DNA of 62,100 nt, counting the filler, from Globobulimina sp. (Eukaryota), in NCBI GenBank assembly GCA_003354225.1. It is 26 parts of 26 records of this genome, joined end to end, with 100 filler letters (N's around TTAATTAATTAA, not from the genome) between each part and the next. Parts side by side here need not be neighbours in the genome. Positions count along the whole stretch, not along the records: positions 11,970 to 14,262 come from PIVH01007595.1; positions 14,363 to 16,655 come from PIVH01007596.1; positions 16,756 to 19,048 come from PIVH01007597.1; positions 19,149 to 21,441 come from PIVH01007598.1; positions 21,542 to 23,834 come from PIVH01007599.1; 21 more parts are not named here. The stretch is one strand, 5' to 3'. The position numbers and the translations under genes were made by a program. The notes below the pieces were generated by a model, which saw nothing but the letters and a program-made list of their open reading frames with translations, did no database searches and had not been told where the DNA came from. Position 1 is the first letter of the stretch. Every line of letters starts with the position of its first letter. Shown one piece after another: positions 11,870 to 23,934 of this stretch.

Positions 11870-11969
11870 NNNNNNNNNNNNNNNNNNNNNNNNNNNNNNN
11901 NNNNNNNNNNNNNTTAATTAATTAANNNNNNNNNNNNNNNNNNNNNNNNNNNNNNNNNNNNNNNNNNNN

Positions 11970-12570
11970 TGTTGGAGCATGTGCCGGGCCAATAATATTT
12001 AATATGCAATTGTTGACAAACTATTACTTAAACGAAGAACCACGCGTTGCAGGCTCAGAAGTACTATTTGGTTGCATGTGTATTGAGATTTTGACAGCAA
12101 TATTATTCTATTTTGAATTATATGATATTGTGGTATATTTATCATATGTTTCTGCTCTGCTCACTGCCTTTCTTTTAACGAAATATTTTGTATTATTTGT
12201 CCCCAAATTCATGGGTAATTCGAGAATATTACTACAATTCTTTCTGTTTTGTAGCTCGTATGGGATAATATTCTTCATATATTTGAGACATTGGATATCG
12301 ACTTTCGAATTATGTATTTGCGCAGTATATGTTTCCTGGGATTTTAATGGACAAATTGTTGGACATTATGTTGTCAAGGATAGGTTACCAATATTTAAAC
12401 CACATTATTTTCTCATACCAATCGGTGTTATTCTTGAATATTATTATTTTAATCCATTGCTTTGGATGGTGGATTCTAAAAACAATTTACATGTTACTAC
12501 ATTATTGTTTTGGCTGGTTGTGGCCTATAAAAATATAACATTTTTTTTAACTACGGCACATAAATTGTGA
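11970..12570 (+). CDS. Multi-pass membrane protein, 5'-partial; possibly the C-terminus of a choline/ethanolamine phosphotransferase
   Basis: Several TM helices and weak CPT/EPT-like features (NGQIVGHYV). The catalytic motif is not in the contig. Confidence 0.4.
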
Positions 12571-12934
12571 CACAGTTATTCATGACACCACGTCCCTTGT
12601 TATTGCAGTAACAGTACTCTTTTAGTCTAGCTTCACCATGTTTTATTGCTTGCACTGCCTTGTTGAGAAACCTGAAATATATCTGATATATAGTCCAAAC
12701 TGTTTTTGTTTTTGCACGGCATTTTACACATTCGTGAAGACATAAATTTATTTTATACACAAATGACACAATAACTGTCAAAGACAGAGTAGATAAAACA
12801 AGCAAAGAGAAAAATACATAATTCACATTAAATTAAAAAATAATCTAACTAAAAAACACACAAAGATCTGAAAAAATAAAAAATAAAAAAATATATATAT
12901 ATTAGTAGAGGAAAAATAATCAAATTGACGCACA

Positions 12935-14262
12935 TCAATCATGATATACACCACGCACAGCCACAGGAGTCTGTCTCTCCATTAACATTTTACTAAAATC
13001 ACATAATTGGCAATCAGCCGGATCCAAATATATCATCGAGTCAGAGTCATGTACTCTCACTGTATTCATAGTCATGGCAGTGTCCTCACTCCCGCTGCTG
13101 CCACTGCTTCCACTCCGAAATACCGTTCTCGTTCTATTGGACTCGAATTCAGTCAGTGTTGGCAAATTCGTTTCACTCTCCGTCTCGACCTGCACATGTT
13201 TATGATAACGAATATGCGTCTCATAAACTCCACTTCTCTCAGACTCATGACACTGATCCGGGTTTGCTGTTGATCGAAAACTTGGCACCGCCACAGATAA
13301 GGACTCAGCAGATGCGACATTGGAGGATGCTGCATTCGAATTGGTATTGTAACTATCACCAATACTACTTTTTGTATTCGATTTGTCGCCATAAAAAGTA
13401 CATGGAGTTCTGGTGTGATATGGGCTGAGAGCACTGGGAGATACTGATTTTACTGCAATCGCAGCATTGGGTTTCTCCACTATCACAGATGGGGGCAACC
13501 CAGCAACACTTTCCTCGGTATGCTCCTTTAATATTATCATTTTTTCGTGGTTGTCAACAGCCATACAAATACAAAAACAAATTGTAAACATCAAGCAAAA
13601 CAATCCAACAGCTCCCAAAACTATCAATACTTCCATGCCAAGAATGCTTTTACTGCCGGACGGCGTTGAGGCTGCACTCAATTCTTTGATTTGGCTGCCG
13701 CTGTTTGTGGTGGCTTTGTATTGTTGGTTTGTGTTATATTGTTTTTGTGGTATGGTTTATATCTGTCTGCATACGTATTGTTGGCTTAATTGTTGGCGGC
13801 TTTGTTGGATACGACTGTGATTCTGATGTGTCCGATGTTGGATTGTTGGTTGAAGTTGGTTTAGATACAAAATTGCATTTAAGTTTACTGTCATATCTTC
13901 CAATGAAATCATATTCTGAATATCCTGCGATGTGTTTATTATTTTTGTGGGTTGAATAGTAATATTTTGTGTAAATTATTTAAAATATATACCTATTGGA
14001 GGCATATCTGGACCGCCACATTGAACATTGATTTCATTGCATGCATTGTCTCCAAAGCAATATACTGTGTTATAATTACGTGCTGCTAGATAGAATTGTG
14101 AGCCTTCGCATTGTCCGTCAGAGCATGTTATAAGGCCTATTTATTGTTGATTTAGATGGTTATTGGTATGTTGGGCGTTAATTACATTTAATACATACAT
14201 GATGATGCATAGTTTGTGCAGATAACAATATCACAAATTTGTGATTCACAATCAACAACACA
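12935..14262 (-). CDS. Type I membrane protein: Cys-rich ectodomain, PT-rich stalk, TM, Ser-rich tail (spliced, 5'-partial)
   Basis: Upstream exons (CSDGQCEGSQ...CFGDNACNE; PTSTNNPTS...PTKPPTIKPTI) splice via GT-AG introns in frame into the 13681-12935 ORF, which has a single TM (VLIVLGAVGLFCLMFTICFCICM). Confidence 0.7.
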
Positions 14263-14537
14263 NNNNNNNNNNNNNNNNNNNNNNNNNNNNNNNNNNNNNN
14301 NNNNNNTTAATTAATTAANNNNNNNNNNNNNNNNNNNNNNNNNNNNNNNNNNNNNNNNNNNNCAAGTGATGCAAGCAAGGAATAGCACATGTTTTAAATG
14401 CGCTGATCTCCGGACAAATGACTTTTCGTTAACTTACTGTAAAAGCTTTTTCTCTGAAATATGAGCGAACAACATAAAATAGAAAATTTACAAAATACAT
14501 TCAGATTTGTACAAATGGCATAAAAATATCGCAGTGT

Positions 14538-16343
14538 TCAGTCCAGATAAGAGGAAACAATCACAATTATAAAGATTATAAAACAGAATCTGATGATGCA
14601 TTCAGATGTATTATTAATTGGCATTCCAGCAATTTCATACTCGCTGCAATTTAATATATTTTGTCGAATGTGATTTATTAATAAAATTATATCATTTGAT
14701 TTCATTTCTGCTTTCATTCCATAATTGTTTTCATTCGAATATTCAAACTGTTTAAAATGAATAATTTCATTATTGAGCATTTTCCCATGTTTGAATTGCA
14801 ACGTATATGTTTTTGATACCATCTTCAATGCGTACAATAAACCAAATAATACATACACACAAATTGCAAATATCGGTAAATCGGACTCATGCATCATAAA
14901 ATAAATATAAATTAAAGCAATCACAATCATTACAAAAAGCAAAGTTAATATGCGATTAATCCGAGTTATAAATGAATATAAAATGAAATCAAAATAATAA
15001 TTCCTCGATTTCCAGTACATATTGACATTATGCATGCTTTTTACTTGAATGGGACGACTAAATTGTTTGATTATAATAATTGCATAATTATAGCTGATAA
15101 TTATACGCAAAACCAAATGAATAAACACAAATGTATATACAATGCATATTGTAATGGATAATACAGAGTATATTTTGTAATAAACAATCCATAAAACGAT
15201 AGAGAATATGAATGAAATTGCATGAATAATAACATGTATTGATGTTTTATTAAATATTGTTTGCTGTGTAATATTTTGTACATTCATTTCCAATCTTTGA
15301 ATATAAACATGATTTGGTATTGCTTTTCGAATATCATCTTTAATTTGTGTGAAATGCACAGATATCGTCGTAAGCAATGCAAAGGAAACAAGAATCATAC
15401 ACACAAATACTAAAAGAGTAACATTGTTGGTGTTATTGGTGTTATCCGCGTCAGACAACAAAACCAGTAATAATAAAATGTTTGAAATGATTAAGAAAGC
15501 GCCAGCTGGAATAATTGCAATCGAATTATGTATCCTCGGATCAAAGTTAACTGCATCTTTACCTATTTCATAATTAATATTTCGAATATTAAAGGCGCGA
15601 TTATATAATGCATCAATGCTATACAATATGTCAGTAATTTGATGCATATGACATGTACACGGAGCTGCAGCTGGAGCAGTATCAGCTGATCTCGATCCAG
15701 ATCCAGCTCCATGTTGCAATTGACGTGGTTTGCATCGGTTTACATTCCGGTTCCCATTGGAAATGATTGAATCTGTCGACTCGGGAATGCACGACGAATA
15801 CAGTGGTATTAAAATAAAAAGAATTATCAAATTTATAACTAAATAAATTAAGCGAAGAAAATGTTTAACCATATCATTATCAGCAATATCATCGGCAAAT
15901 GCAATCTGTGGAACATATATAATGATAATTGAGAGCAATACAAATGAAATTGGTCTTAAATTATAATCGAATAATATTAAGTCGACGTCATTGTCAATGT
16001 CGCCATTATTCATTGTCATTTTATCCATTATTAATTGAGAAAGGAGATTTAGATTTGTTTCGTCAGCTTCTGGTAAAACTACATTATAATTATTACTGTT
16101 ACTGTTATTATTATCGATATCGTTCAAGTTAAATATACCGTGACTTGGCGACGAGGTCTTAACATTTGTTGTTCCGACAGATGTTGCAGACTCTACGGTG
16201 TCTCTTGACTCTCTTCTATTTTTGGTCTGTTTCTTTGAATAAAGAGTTGATGTTTGAGATGTTGCGTCGTCAAAATCAAGTACTGATTCTGTTTTATGTT
16301 CCACAACGGTATTATTTCTAAAATGATCCTCAGTATATGCCAT
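14538..16343 (-). CDS. Uncharacterised ~9-TM membrane protein (601 aa)
   Basis: Intact intronless ORF with a low-complexity N-terminus and about nine hydrophobic helices. Confidence 0.8.
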   Translation of the reverse strand: MAYTEDHFRNNTVVEHKTESVLDFDDATSQTSTLYSKKQTKNRRESRDTVESATSVGTTNVKTSSPSHGIFNLNDIDNNNSNSNNYNVVLPEADETNLNLLSQLIMDKMTMNNGDIDNDVDLILFDYNLRPISFVLLSIIIIYVPQIAFADDIADNDMVKHFLRLIYLVINLIILFILIPLYSSCIPESTDSIISNGNRNVNRCKPRQLQHGAGSGSRSADTAPAAAPCTCHMHQITDILYSIDALYNRAFNIRNINYEIGKDAVNFDPRIHNSIAIIPAGAFLIISNILLLLVLLSDADNTNNTNNVTLLVFVCMILVSFALLTTISVHFTQIKDDIRKAIPNHVYIQRLEMNVQNITQQTIFNKTSIHVIIHAISFIFSIVLWIVYYKIYSVLSITICIVYTFVFIHLVLRIIISYNYAIIIIKQFSRPIQVKSMHNVNMYWKSRNYYFDFILYSFITRINRILTLLFVMIVIALIYIYFMMHESDLPIFAICVYVLFGLLYALKMVSKTYTLQFKHGKMLNNEIIHFKQFEYSNENNYGMKAEMKSNDIILLINHIRQNILNCSEYEIAGMPINNTSECIIRFCFIIFIIVIVSSYLD

Positions 16344-16755
16344 ATTATTGCAAGTAAGTTTTTAGTGATTCAAGAATGTCCAACAACTTTCAACAATGAA
16401 GAGCAACAATCACAGAATCACTGGCGCCGCGGACGTGTTAAATGATTAAAAAAGATTTCTGGATTCTTTCGGGTAAAACATAGTCTGAATTTATAAAAAA
16501 TTATAAAAAATTTGCAATCAAACTGAAAGATTTGTTTACAAACAAACTAAAAAGCAATTAATTCTTTATTCAATTCAATTCAATTTAAATTAAATTAAAA
16601 AAGGAGCTTTACAATGTTATAATAATTAATGTATTTACTACTATTTAAACACGCANNNNNNNNNNNNNNNNNNNNNNNNNNNNNNNNNNNNNNNNNNNNT
16701 TAATTAATTAANNNNNNNNNNNNNNNNNNNNNNNNNNNNNNNNNNNNNNNNNNNN

Positions 16756-19048
16756 CCAAATGGAACTCGACAAAACCGATAAATTTGGAGATTTCCCTCG
16801 ACTTTATGCAATTTTGGGTTTATAAACCAGAAAAAGCGAATGACATCTCTGTCTGCCGTCTGTAAACCAATATTAAGAAATGCCTTTTCTATGTCTGCCA
16901 ATATTGCGACCGCATGTAAACGAAAACGAAGTAATAAACCACATAAATCATTCAGTAAGTTTGGACCTTTATAAAGGCACTCATTCAAAGATTTATTACT
17001 CTTTTTCGTTTTTGCCGAAGCATCATACACAATACGTACCTTAGTTGTAGTTTTAGTCGGAGTCACAACAGCATGATGCGGAATATAATGTTTCATGGGT
17101 CCTTCTTCCGTCGTGGGTGTCACTTTTTCAATTATACCAAGTTTGACTTGTTCCTGAATGATTGCATCACATTTTTCCAATAAAGTTGAGTCACGAAATA
17201 GTCTATTTGCTAATGACTTGAAGCGACTGAGGGCAAGACCATAATTTTCCGGTAAATCGGGTGTCTTTTCTTTCCAAGGCCATGTCACTTCATAACGATT
17301 GTTTTTAATTTGTACAGTTTTTTCAAAATTTTCTAAAGCAATTTTGTCATCTGAAAGTTTTGGGGGGTCAATAATCCCTATGTTTTCGAGATCCCAGAAA
17401 GTTTCTAAATCGGGAATAATTGGAAGTGATAAATCAGGGGGGGTCAAGTAAGTATTCGGTAACGGCGAAGTGTTACCATATGTCATACACAAAAGATCAA
17501 TATCAGCCCCCTTGATATTTTCGTCAGTTTTGGCGCGACCTGAAATCATCCAACCTAATTTAGTAGCCAAAAGGTATAAACCTGGAGCAAGTTCCTTTGT
17601 TTCTGAAAGTAAAAAATCTAAGTAATAATCATTTCCCAACAGTAATTCAATAGTAACGTTTTCCACAGTGTCTGGAAGTGTGTCTGCTAACGTTTTCCGA
17701 TCAACAGTCAAAGGTACCGTAAGGGGTACACGTGTTAAAGTACAATACGAAATTTTGGGTACAATATGTACGGTAATGGGTACTTTTTGGCCATTTTTGG
17801 TAACAATAATCATTGTCGCGGTTGGGCAAGTAAGATGTTTTGGCTCGTCCGAACCAAAAGTAATAACCGAAATTTCTGCAGTACCTTTTGGTTTTAAATC
17901 GATCGTTTTAGCTAAATTTTCGGATGCAAAAGTTTTAGATGCGCCAGTATCGGCCAAAAGTCGAGTAACAGTACATGCAGTTTCATCTTCATTAGCTACC
18001 ATAGGCGATGCAGTTTGCATGTATATAGCTTGTTTGTGCGTAGCGATTAAACCCGTGTCTACTGTGTCACAAATCATGACATTCATCTCACCAGTTTTGC
18101 CGCCGTCAGTTTTAGGTTTACCCCCCCAGGAAGGTTTTGACGGATTTTCACCAAATTTTTGTCGACAAAGACTGCTGTTATGATTACGAGGTTGACCACA
18201 ATAAAAACATTTGTATTGAGTTTTTGTACATTGTTTTGCCATATGTTCAGGATTTAAACAAATGTAACAATTACCTTTTATTTTTTATTTTCTGGATTCT
18301 ACAGTCGAATAAGTTGGACATTCGTCGTGCCAGTGTGATTTTCCACAATAAATGCATGGCCTAGTAGGAACATTTTGACGAGAATTCGCCATCAAAGCAC
18401 TACCCGTAGTAGGTCTAGATTGATAACTTCTTGGACGCGGACTAGGTTCTGACTGACTGAATTTGCGAAAATTCGGAGTGAAAAAACCGCGACTTTCGGG
18501 TTTTTGCGAAAAACGATTTTGTGAATCAAAGCGATTTTGTGAATCATAACCATAACTAGAGGCAATCGTGCTCTTTTGTGGAGTAATTGGAGCTATTGAT
18601 TCACGCGCACGAATTTCTCTACCTAAAAGCTTCCGTAATTTTTCAAGTGTCCAATTTTCGTCGTCATCAATTTGTCTATTTAATTGGTACATAATTTCGT
18701 CGGGTAATTTTGTCTTAACTAACGATACTAATTGTCGCTGAATATTAACATCCTCGCCAATAGCTTCCAAACTGCGAAAATGTTTTTCCATACTATCATA
18801 AAGTACACGTAATTTAGTAATTTGATTTGGGGAACTTGGTAAATCAGTCAGACTAATATAATGGGCATCAATAATTTTTTGAGGGTTTCCGAATCGATCT
18901 TGCAAATTTTCTAAAGCTATTTTATAATTATCATTAGAAATCGGTATACCAGAAATAGCTTCTAAAGCAACACCCTTCAATTTTGCCCGTAAATGAGTAA
19001 ATTTTTCAACGCCTGACAAATTTGGATTTTTATCAATAGCAGCTTCAA
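16756..19048 (-). mobile_element. BEL/Pao LTR-retrotransposon gag-pol fragment with an in-frame stop
   Basis: DUF1759-like gag (EKFTHLRAKL...LQDRFGN) and three tandem Cys/His knuckles (CIYCGKSHWHDEC, CYICLNPEHMAKQC, CFYCGQPRNHNSSLC). Protease LADTGA...LLLGND, then Pao RT start YIPHHAV...KVRIVYDAS...SLNECL...ADIEKAFL. One TAA at 18285-18287 splits a single reading frame. Confidence 0.95.
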
Positions 19049-19148
19049 NNNNNNNNNNNNNNNNNNNNNNNNNNNNNNNNNNNNNNNNNNNNTTAATTAA
19101 TTAANNNNNNNNNNNNNNNNNNNNNNNNNNNNNNNNNNNNNNNNNNNN

Positions 19149-21441
19149 TCTGCAACGATTCGAATTGCCGCTCCGCCTCTTGCCGCGAGTTGGAATTCCC
19201 GGCATCATTGGCACTGTCATACAAATTCTTCAATTTAATCACATCGGCAATGCGCCCATTCAACTCCTGCATGGCCGCTTTGCTCCGCTTTTTTAAGTCG
19301 TCCACGTTCTTGGTGTCATCCACCAATTTATTCAACTGATTCTGCCATTTCCTGTTATCCGCCTCAATCATCCGCAAAGCGTCCTGGATGTCCTTATCGC
19401 CCTCCATGTTCCCAGACGCTTTGGCCGCGGCCGACAATGCCCGCACATCTTGCTGCAATTTGCTATTCTGCGCTTGGTGCCGTTTGATGGCATCCACGCG
19501 CAACTTCTCCGCCTGCGTCACCGCATTGCCATCGCCGTCCGCGTTCACGTGCAAATTGCTCAAATTGTTCAAATCCTGCCGGCGATCGTCCATTTCCGAC
19601 AACAAGCCCCGAATCACCATCTTCTGCGCGGAGCTCGTCGGCCCGTAGTCTTTCAACGGCGTCTTACTATGCGTCTTATCCGCGGCTAACCGCGCCGCCT
19701 CGGCCTGGGCCCGGGCGTCATTTAATTGGTTCGTTAGCTCCGCATTGGCCGCCTCCAACGCCTTCATAATCGCCAGCCATTCTTCCTGGTCTCTGGCCAC
19801 TGCCTCCTGTTGCTGCGTCAACTCGCGATCATAATGCTCCTTTTTGGCCTCATCCGTGCGGTGTTGAATATTGCGCACCAAATCGGACAAAACCTCGGGT
19901 GGCTCGTCGCCAGTCACCACTTTCACCGCACGGTCCAGGTCTTTTGTACGTAGCTCCAACTCCAAACGGAGCGGCTCCGCGTCGTTGTCGTTGAGTTCCT
20001 GCCCCGTGGCATATATCAATGACTTCCATTGGTCGTTGTTTTCCGGCAATAGCTCGTCGATGGCATTGGCCGACGGCGGCAACTCAGATAGCTCATTGAT
20101 TATGCCTTCGTGCCGGATTTCGAGGTTGTTGACCAATTCCTGAACCTGCTGCGACTTGGACAGAATGCTCGAATTGCTCTCGGGATGGAAATAGATGCCG
20201 TTTAATTGCGTCAAGTCGCTGATACGACCGTTGAGTTCCGTGATCATTTGGTCTTTGGCCGCGGCGAGATATTGTACTTCGTTTTGGAGTTTGCTGTCGT
20301 TTTCGTCGCTGCTGCCACCGACACCCACTCCGTAGGCACTTTGTTGTTTGGCGTCGTCGAGGCCCGCTTTTTTACCACGTTTGCGGGCACGGCGACGGAT
20401 TACAATCACACTGTCCTTCACTTTGTAGATCTCGTCTTGCCATTTTTTGCTTAATTCGGGCAATTCGTCGCAATAATCGTAGTTCAAATCGTCGGTTAAT
20501 TTGGCGGTCCATTTCTCGTGGCGCCCAATCACCGATTCCCACAATTCCTTGAATTGCGTGTCTTGGATGGCATCTTCTTCGTCGTTGCAATAGATTTCGT
20601 TGACGCGATGCAAGTCTTTGGTCCGCGACGATAATTCCTCCATTAATTCACCATAGATTTCATCCGTATGGTCCTGGTTTAGATGTTTTTGTATATTTAT
20701 AGCTTCGCAAATTCGCAATGGCTTAGATGACAGACCTCAAATTTTATAATATCGTCCGCGTCGTCTTTAATATCGTCGAGATTTTGAGGTTCCTCGTCCT
20801 CGTCATCCATATCGACGGACGTGTCGCCTTTTTTTCTTTTCTTTTTCTTTTTCTTTTTAAATTCGGCTTCAATTTCCTTGGTCACTTCGTCGATCATATC
20901 GTCGGCGGCCTCCTCCACCTCCGACGCTTCCACAATTTGCACGTCTTTGATAATAACCTCGCCGCCATCCACAGTCTTGATTTTGATGCGGTTTTTACCT
21001 TTTTTGTACACTTTAATCTTACGAATATCGTCAATGAATACATATTTTACCACCACTCCTTTTTCTTTGGCCGCGGCGCGTTGCCGATTAATCCATCTGT
21101 CAAAGCATGAAAAATGCCAATAATATATGTGCGAATTTGCGTATATAATATAAGAAAAAAGAAACTTTTGTTGGTCTTGTTTGAATCGCTTTAATTGTTG
21201 CTGGTAATATCTCGCTTGTTTATCCAAGTCACGAAGTGCTAATTTTAGCCTTTTTTTAAGATTTGCAATCTCTCTCTTTAACTGTTTAATGATTTTCTCA
21301 TCGCCAAATGCCGCTTTCTTGCCTCGCCCCTCTTTCTTTAATTGCGGTTGCAATGACTTAATTAAAGCTTCTTTGTCATCCACGGATTTGCGTAGTTCGC
21401 GTACATTTTTCTTTGATTTTTCCAACTGATCCTTGGTGTCT
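19149..21441 (-). CDS. Large coiled-coil protein, internal fragment (spliced)
   Basis: ORFs 21425-20697 and 20718-19149 are linked by AT-rich GT-AG introns. The sequence is heptad-rich, with internal repeats (ELxxRTKDLxR; QELNGRIxD). Confidence 0.7.
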
Positions 21442-21541
21442 NNNNNNNNNNNNNNNNNNNNNNNNNNNNNNNNNNNNNNNNNNNNTTAATTAATTAANNN
21501 NNNNNNNNNNNNNNNNNNNNNNNNNNNNNNNNNNNNNNNNN

Positions 21542-22422
21542 GTCGGCCTATCGTAAGTTTGTCAAATCATTTAAGAAAGAATATTGGTATTGGGAGTTTG
21601 TATTATTTTCGCGGAGGTTTTTTATTTCATTTTTTACGAGTGTTCAGTTTGTGGGCGGCGGTTATACCAATTTTAGATTTTTGGTGGTGGGGGTGATGTA
21701 TTTTGGATTACAGATTCATTATAAACCGTTTGCATATGGACGAGCGAACAAAATTGAAGGTTTGAATATGGTTTTGTTGATTGCAGCATTTGCCGCAGCC
21801 ACTTTTATTCATCTTAATGATGAAGGTATATAATAACTATATATATAAATTATTGTTTTGTGATTCAATTTTCTTTTTTTTTTTGATGCATTTATCAGAT
21901 TTATTTGTTGGTTGGATTTTATCGATATGTATATTGATACCGTTGATTATTGTTTTTGTCTATTTTATGAAGATTATTGTAAATCGAATGAAATGGCTTA
22001 GTTACAAGGCTGACGATACGAAGATAAATGCAGCAAAAATGTTGGAAAGAATGCCTAAATCGTTTAAAGATGTTATGACTGCCCGATCGCAACAAATGCC
22101 ACAAGATTTGGAAGATTTGGAAGATTTGGAGGTTTATGATGCAAATAAAGAGGAAACAGATATTAATACGAAATTGAATGAACAGCAAAGTAAAGATTCT
22201 GAAGATGACGATCGAGAGCTGGCAACAACTCATTATAAAGAAGCAACCACTGAAATGGTGCGGGTTCATAACGATTCGGCTGAAATGCAACAACAAGAAG
22301 TGATTAATATTGCAGATGAAAATATCGATGTTGTGATGAGTCAAACACATGATAATGGACCGTCGCCTCCAAATGCAGTTGTTGGAAAAGATGAGGGTGG
22401 CAATGAAGTTACACATGTCTGA
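21542..22422 (+). CDS. C-terminus of a multi-pass membrane protein (TRP-C-like tail of large protist surface receptors)
   Basis: YWYWEFVLFSRR...LQIHYKPFAYGRANKIE motif, intron at ~21827-21898, acidic cytoplasmic tail. Confidence 0.7.
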
Positions 22423-22658
22423 CAGTGGCCGTTTATTGCGATTTATTATTTTATTTGTTTTAGTGTTTTTTTGTGTTTTTTCTGTTTTTTCTGTTTCAAT
22501 ATTCATAAAAATGTTGGCTCGTATTCGTAACTGACTTGATTGCAGCTGCAGTTTCGGAGAATCATATTATATGCTAATTACGCGTTGTCGCACTTTATTG
22601 TTCTAGTTGTCATTATTTTTTTTAGACTTTAGTCAACAATAATCTTTTTTTATTCATC

Positions 22659-23834
22659 ATGCTTTTTCGCATGCTTTATTTCTTTGTATGTTTGCTGACA
22701 ATCAATGCAGGGACAAATTACTCGCATTTAGGAGATGACATTGTGAACAATATAATTTCACAAGTGCAGCCCGCATACTTAGACAATGTCAGGAGAATCA
22801 ATCAGGATCATCATCGCTTGACAGAAGACTACTATGCTAAAGATATTTCGCAACTGTTACATCTGACGTCCCAATCAGTCTATCAACGCAACTCGAATCT
22901 TGCACCAGGAATAGAATCAATAATGCTGAGACATCAAAATGACTCCCGCTTTAACCAACTGTTACATGCGAGGTTCCCATTTATCTTACACGCCATCAAA
23001 GGTTTATCTTTAATCGACGAGAAAAGAATGCTTCTTGCATTGGGTATCGACATCCACGACATCGTGGGTGCCAACGCAGTTTGTAGTAATACTGCACTGG
23101 ACGCATTATATCATACATCTAGGTTTCTTGCCGTAGGCTACCATTTAAGTAGACCATATTATACGTTTTCAAAATATACGTTTTCATGGATGGTAAATTC
23201 GTTTTTATACAAGGCATTACGTGGCAAACTAAATGTTTCTAATTCTGAACTAATCCCTGGAACCATTTTATGGAAGAAACAATACGTCCATGCAATGGAG
23301 GTAGCTGTTATTGTGGGACATAATGATTTGACAGCAACTAGAGATCTGCTTGAATTTCTAAGTCATTTTCGACCTCTAAACGTATTTTGTTCAGTGTGGA
23401 ATCAATGTATTTTCGATATCATAAACGTGTTTGAAGTGACCAATCCAAACGCATCGTTATCGTTTGATGGCCGATCGGTTTTCTACTGGCTTCAAATTAC
23501 TACGAAAGTTGCTTATTATAATTATCAAAGAGGTGATGCAGCTAAGTATAAACAGGTCGTTGGCGCATTAACGAACATTTTTTATGACGAAGCAAATGGG
23601 GAATTCAAAAGGTTGTTATTTCATTTGAGGTCATGGCAGCAAACCGGAAAATGTGTAAACGTTTTTAATAGTAGGATCAGAATGGAAACAACACCGGCAA
23701 TACAGGATACATATTTTGTTTCTATGATGATGAATGATTTAAGCACACAAAGAGATGATTGGGAGACATTCAGCCTGGCGGAGGTGATGCGCATCTCGTA
23801 TTTTGCACGAATTTGGTTTGGTATTTTTGTATTA
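22659..23834 (+). CDS. Uncharacterised secreted protein, 3'-partial
   Basis: Frame of ~390 aa with an N-terminal signal peptide, open at the contig end. Confidence 0.65.
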
Positions 23835-23934
23835 NNNNNNNNNNNNNNNNNNNNNNNNNNNNNNNNNNNNNNNNNNNNTTAATTAATTAANNNNNNNNNN
23901 NNNNNNNNNNNNNNNNNNNNNNNNNNNNNNNNNN

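Noticed and set aside
11643-11925. Three Cys/Leu-rich ORFs
   Set aside because: They are translations of a 26-bp tandem repeat in different frames.
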